From Hydrurus foetidus (lineage: Eukaryota): a stretch of DNA of 37,699 nucleotides. The stretch's first letter is position 1; every line of letters begins with the position of its first letter. The stretch spans positions 1 to 37,699 of the forward strand of contig UYFQ01000040.1 in the NCBI GenBank assembly GCA_900617105.1, given 5' to 3'. Under the pieces are notes generated by a model. The model was not told the origin of the DNA, made no database searches, and saw only the letters and a list, made by a program, of their open reading frames with translations. The position numbers were made by a program, and so were the translations under genes. Shown here in pieces: positions 33,262 to 37,699 of this stretch.

Positions 33262-33790
33262 AACCCAGATAAGCGGTTTTGGGCGATTTTGACAAGACGA
33301 AACGACCAAGTTAATTGAAAATTCACTTGAAAGTAAGTCAGCCAATCGTTCCAAAATGCAAATTATACCAAGAAACAACACTGAAAAGTCACCCCAGAAA
33401 TATATTCGCCAAACACCGCAGTGGTCAATTAAGTGTAAAACCCAGAAAAGCGGTTTTGGGCGATTTTGACAAGACGAAACGACCAAGTTAATTGAAAATT
33501 CACTTGAAAGTAAGTCAGCCAATCGTTCCAAAATGCAAATTATACCAAGAAACAACACTGAAAAGTCACCCCAGAAATATATTCGCCAAACACCGCAGTG
33601 GTCAATTAAGTGTAAAACCCAGAAAAGCGGTTTTGGGCGATTTTGACAAGACGAAACGACCAAGTTAATTGAAAATTCACTTGAAAGTAAGTCAGCCAAT
33701 CGTTCCAAAATGCAAATTATACCAAGAAACAACACTGAAAAGTCACCCCAGAAATATATTCACCAAACGTCAAGTAGTCAGTTAAGTGCA
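33262..33790. repeat. 177-bp tandem repeat x3 in the 5' UTR of the non-LTR element
   Basis: AAGCGGTTTTGGGCG at 33271, 33448 and 33625. Confidence 0.97.
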
Positions 33791-34292
33791 CAACAGTGGA
33801 CCTAGGTCACTTTGTACAAGTCCAGACCCCCCGAAAAGTGAAATTTATGCAAAACCCAAATACAAGATGTTGCTAAGGACAACAACTTTGACAACAGGCA
33901 ACACTTTGTAGAACACCCAGAGTTTAAGTAGCCAGTCACAATAGCGAGCAAAGATGACAGTTTTGGCTCTTTGATACGAGACAATGTTGATTGGGCAGTA
34001 TGCGTCTCTAATTCTAATCAAAAATTAGGATGTATTACAACTAATCCACGATTGTCAATAAAAGAGACACAAATTTTGTCAAATGTGCAAAACTTAGGGT
34101 TTTGTGAGAAGTGTTTTAAACGTGTCCCAAAAAACCCAAAAGTCACCGCAGAGCACCACAGAAGTAGCTAGGCTATCACCGAAGGCGCAAATCACAGCTA
34201 CGTGAACGTAGCAAAAATGTGAAAATTGCCTATACAATGATGTCGATTGTGTTTTCTGTAATAAAAACACAATGTACTATGTCGCTCTGATT

Positions 34293-34790
34293 GTTCTTCT
34301 AACAACTCTCTACATTAATATTGTAGTCGCGGCCGGATTCAAGTACGGAGAATCCGGATAAAGACGGTTGTTGGGTAAACTGTTGGTTTAAGTTACAGTT
34401 TGTGAAAAAAGCGAGCAAACAGCTAACGACAGACACAAACGATAGGTTACAAGGGTGCCGATGCTGATGAGCGTCCGTCACTGGTGAACAAGTGATGTGG
34501 ATGATAATAGACTATGGGTACGTGAATTGTATATTAATGAGTATGAAGTGTACGGTGACCGTACGAGCTAGGCTATGGCCTAACTCTGGGCTCAGCGGTG
34601 GGTCTGATGGAACGGGGCGCGGGGGCAAGGGGAAGGCAGCTGGTGTGCTGGTGCTATTGCTAAAGAGATGTGGTTAGCTTACAGATAAACACAGCGATAG
34701 GCAAGTCATGAATCGGATGGCTCGGATCGTCCCCGATCCGAACCGAACGTACGCCTGTACCCGTACAGCTGTACAGCTGTGCGGGTCACA
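34293..34790 (-). repeat. 5' part of the gypsy LTR
   Basis: Begins TGTGAC at 34790, 4 nt after the polypurine tract, downstream of pol. Confidence 0.88.
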
Positions 34791-34794
34791 ATGG

Positions 34795-34805
34795 CCCCTC
34801 TCTTT
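34795..34805 (-). promoter_or_regulatory. Polypurine tract
   Basis: AAAGAGAGGGG on the minus strand just before TG of the LTR. Confidence 0.85.
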
Positions 34806-35009
34806 GGAAGAAAAGGTGTACTAAATTTTTCATTAACAAACTTATCTATGTCTAAATACTAACATAAAACTACTATCTCAGACTGAAAACATAAAGTTCG
34901 TACTGAGTAAACCTCCCTAAAATCTGTTAGGATGAAAATTGGGAGTAATCTTTATGATTTAGTTTTTTTTTTTTTTTTATAAACCTATGTGTTTCATACT
35001 GTATATCGG

Positions 35010-37699
35010 TTAACGATAATTTGCAGCAAATTTACTTGGAATCAAGTGTTTTAGGTTTTAGCAATTAAGAACTCGTGGACTTTTTCAGCGTCACGCATGT
35101 TTTTCCACGGTTCCCAAGTGTTTCTGTCGTGGGGATAATTTAGCCACTTGACGTGAAACTTTAATGTTCCCACCACTCGGATGTTCCCTTCCATTGCTAG
35201 GATATCTTCGATAAAGAATTCGAGATAATCTCGTCGGGCGATATCGGTTGGGTTGACCTTTGTAGGGTCAAACTCAAATTGTTTAATATTTGATACATGG
35301 TATCTTTTCTCGCGGTTGGTAATAAGATCGAGTAGTGTATACTCGTCGAGATCGTTTGCGACCACTTGCATGGGACCTTTCCATAAAGTGTGCATGCGTG
35401 TTGGTTTTGATGTGCGGTGGGTAACCAGTACCAACGAGTCGATTTCGAACGTTGTGTAGTCGGTGGAACCGCCTGCTTTTCGTTTCTCGTCCGCTTCTTT
35501 GAGTAGTTCAGCAGTGATTCTGATGAGTTCATCTTGCATCTGCATTATTTTCTCAGTAGAATGGGTGACATGAGCCATGTCTAAGTTTATCTCATCTCGA
35601 GGGAGAAGGATGTTGGCATCAAGGTCAATAGCATTGCCGTATATAAGCTTTGCTGCTGTTGACTGTGTCCGTACGTTGAATGTCGTATTTATAATTCGTT
35701 GTACGAATGGTAAAATTTCTCGGTAGTTTTCCGTAGTTGCACGGTCAAATGTAAATGCCGTGATGTGTCGGTTAATTTCCTTATTCATACGCTCTACTAT
35801 CGAGTTTTCTTGCGAAGAGTATGGTAGAATAAGGTTGTGTGTTGTACCGGCAACTTTTACAAATTCCTCGAGGATTTTGTTTACGAAATGGGAACCGTTA
35901 TCGGATCGCAGGAATTTGGGAGCTCCGTAGCGACCGATGTGTTCTATTAGGCCTGTTACGGCCGATTTTGCAGTATTATCAGTTGTGGCTGATAGTTCGA
36001 CAAACCTTGTGAAGGTGTCTACCATAACAAGGATGTATCCTTTATCCGGGAATGGACCAATAAAGTCTATGTTTATGCATTCCATAGGTGCATATGTTGA
36101 TGTTGTGAAACGATGGGTGACGGGTTTTTGTTTGTCAGCAGACATCTTTTGGCAACACGGGCATTGTTTAATGTATGCTCTTATATCGTGTCTCATGCCT
36201 TCCCATACTTTCCCTATTTTTTTTAGGTTTCGCAAAGTGCGATTGAATCCTCCGTGCCCAACGGTAGAGTTGTGGACACGCATTAAGTATGCATATATTT
36301 CCGCTGCAGGCGGTTTGCAAGTTAGGATTGCTGTTATGATGTGTTTCGGCATCTTGTTTTTACATAGGCGTGACATTGCGTCAGCGACTTCATTATTTTT
36401 CCCAGGGATATACCCTATCGTAACATCTAATTCCTGTAGCGCACAGCGCCATCTTCCGACCATCTCATTTTATCCTTGTGCAGGAAAGTAAGATTTTTGT
36501 GATCGGTCAGGATAGTAAACTTACGATCTCGTAGCAGGGCGTCGAGATAGTCACAGCAAAAGTAAAGGGCGTAAGCCTCTTTTTGTATTACGGACCATTT
36601 CAACTGGGTCTTGGTAAGAGATTTGCTTACGAGAGCGACGAGTTGTTTGACTCCGTCGACTTCTTGATATAAATAACCACCTATACCGTAGTCAGACGCA
36701 TCTGTCATGAGGGTAATAGGTGCTACATCGTCGATGAAATATAATAAGGGACTCTTGGAGATAAGATCTTTGACTAACGTAAACGCGTCGGCCGCTTCGT
36801 CTGTCCAGACAAGCAATGTTTGCTTTTTGGCGGCGTGATCTATCATTTTGTGTAGCGGTGCTACCACATTTGAGTGATTTGGTACATGATCCCTAAAGTA
36901 ATTGGTGAGACCGAGGAACGAACGTAGTTCAGTTGTCTTTCTTGGCATCGGAAAGTCAGTCACACCCGTTATCTTTTTGGAGCTCATTGATATACCTTCC
37001 TTAGATATTTGTCTACCAACATATTCAACTACTTTGACGTTAAGTCTTAGCTTTGCAGCCTTGAGTGAAATGTTTTTATCTTCTAGACGTTGAAACAATG
37101 TTTCTAAACGTTCACAGAATTGGATGTGTCCATCAGCATATATGATGATGTCGTCTAAATAGACTTCACAGATGCTGTATATAAGGCCAAGTAGTACTAT
37201 TGACGCCATCATCTGTTGAAAGTATGATGGGGCCATCTTGGGACCGAATGGTAGTCGTGTGAATTGGTATATACCCATAAATGTTATAAATGCGGTAAAT
37301 ACTTGTGCCGCCAGTGTTATTGGGGCTTGGTGGTATCCGGCCGTAAGGTCGATTACGCCGAATACGTTTGGCCGTTGCGCGCCAAGTCTGTATAACATTT
37401 GTTTTATATTTGGGATCGGCCAACTTGCAGATTCGGTTGCCTCATTGAGGTTCCTGTAATCTATGCAGAATCGGAGTGAACCGTCTGGTTTATTTGCAAG
37501 TATTACTTGGGAGTAATATGAGGCATCGGATGGTTTTATTATTCCCTTTTTGAGCATTGCTACGATTTGTTTTCTGATTTCCTCTTGTCGCATCGTTGAA
37601 GCGACTCTGGGAGCACCCCGATTACGGAAGTGTTTCCATTGAGGTATGTTTACCTTTTGAAATCGAAAGGGGGAAGCTCGAGCGGGTTCTGGACCCAGC
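35010..37699 (-). CDS. pol: Ty3/gypsy chromovirus pol (RT, RNase H, integrase, chromodomain); runs off the window; two single-base frameshifts
   Basis: LRFCIDYRNLN, RLPFG, YLDD; TDASDYGIGG, KEAYAL, TDHKNL; HHCC finger; DFIGP, SDNGSHF, VERMN; WKGPM; chromodomain IEDIL..FHVKWLNY..NTWEP. RT-RH-IN order is gypsy. Confidence 0.97.

Larger units (their letters stand above)
29385..34292 (-). mobile_element. CRE-clade (RLE-type) non-LTR retrotransposon, apparently full length, inserted in the gypsy LTR
   Basis: Single intact ORF, 5' tandem repeats, and both boundaries defined by the duplicated LTR sequence. No poly(A) tail at the 3' junction. Confidence 0.88.

Noticed and set aside
29102..34575. Reading the two 283-bp repeats as the paired LTRs of an element carrying the RT ORF
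   Set aside because: The repeats lack TG..CA ends and a PPT of their own, the enclosed ORF is non-LTR type, and the flanks complete a single LTR.

Overview
Eukaryotic genomic DNA (spliceosomal GT-AG introns, microsatellites, TTAGGG-type repeats); a stramenopile-like protist is my inference from the transposon repertoire, not a demonstrated fact. The left third (1-12.9 kb) is gene space: a CCZ1-like longin-domain ORF (+), an 8-exon CDC14 phosphatase gene (-), and several small palindromic or satellite cassettes. From about 12.9 kb to the end is a 25-kb nest of mobile elements. In order: a P-like non-autonomous element (7-bp TSD) interrupted by a near-intact hAT transposon (8-bp TSD); a spliced Crypton-like tyrosine-recombinase gene with an internal 796-bp triplication; pogo (DD35D), 2OG-Fe(II) oxygenase-like and MULE remnants; and a head-to-tail pair of Ty3/gypsy chromoviruses (pol-LTR-gag). 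Their single shared LTR is split by an intact CRE-clade restriction-like-endonuclease non-LTR retrotransposon. The most striking observation is that this non-LTR element is flanked by a 283-bp direct duplication of LTR sequence and carries, 117 bp inside its 5' end, a copy of the 10-11 nt motif found at its own 3' insertion junction, preceded by a structured leader. All calls were made by eye from motifs; no database searches were run.
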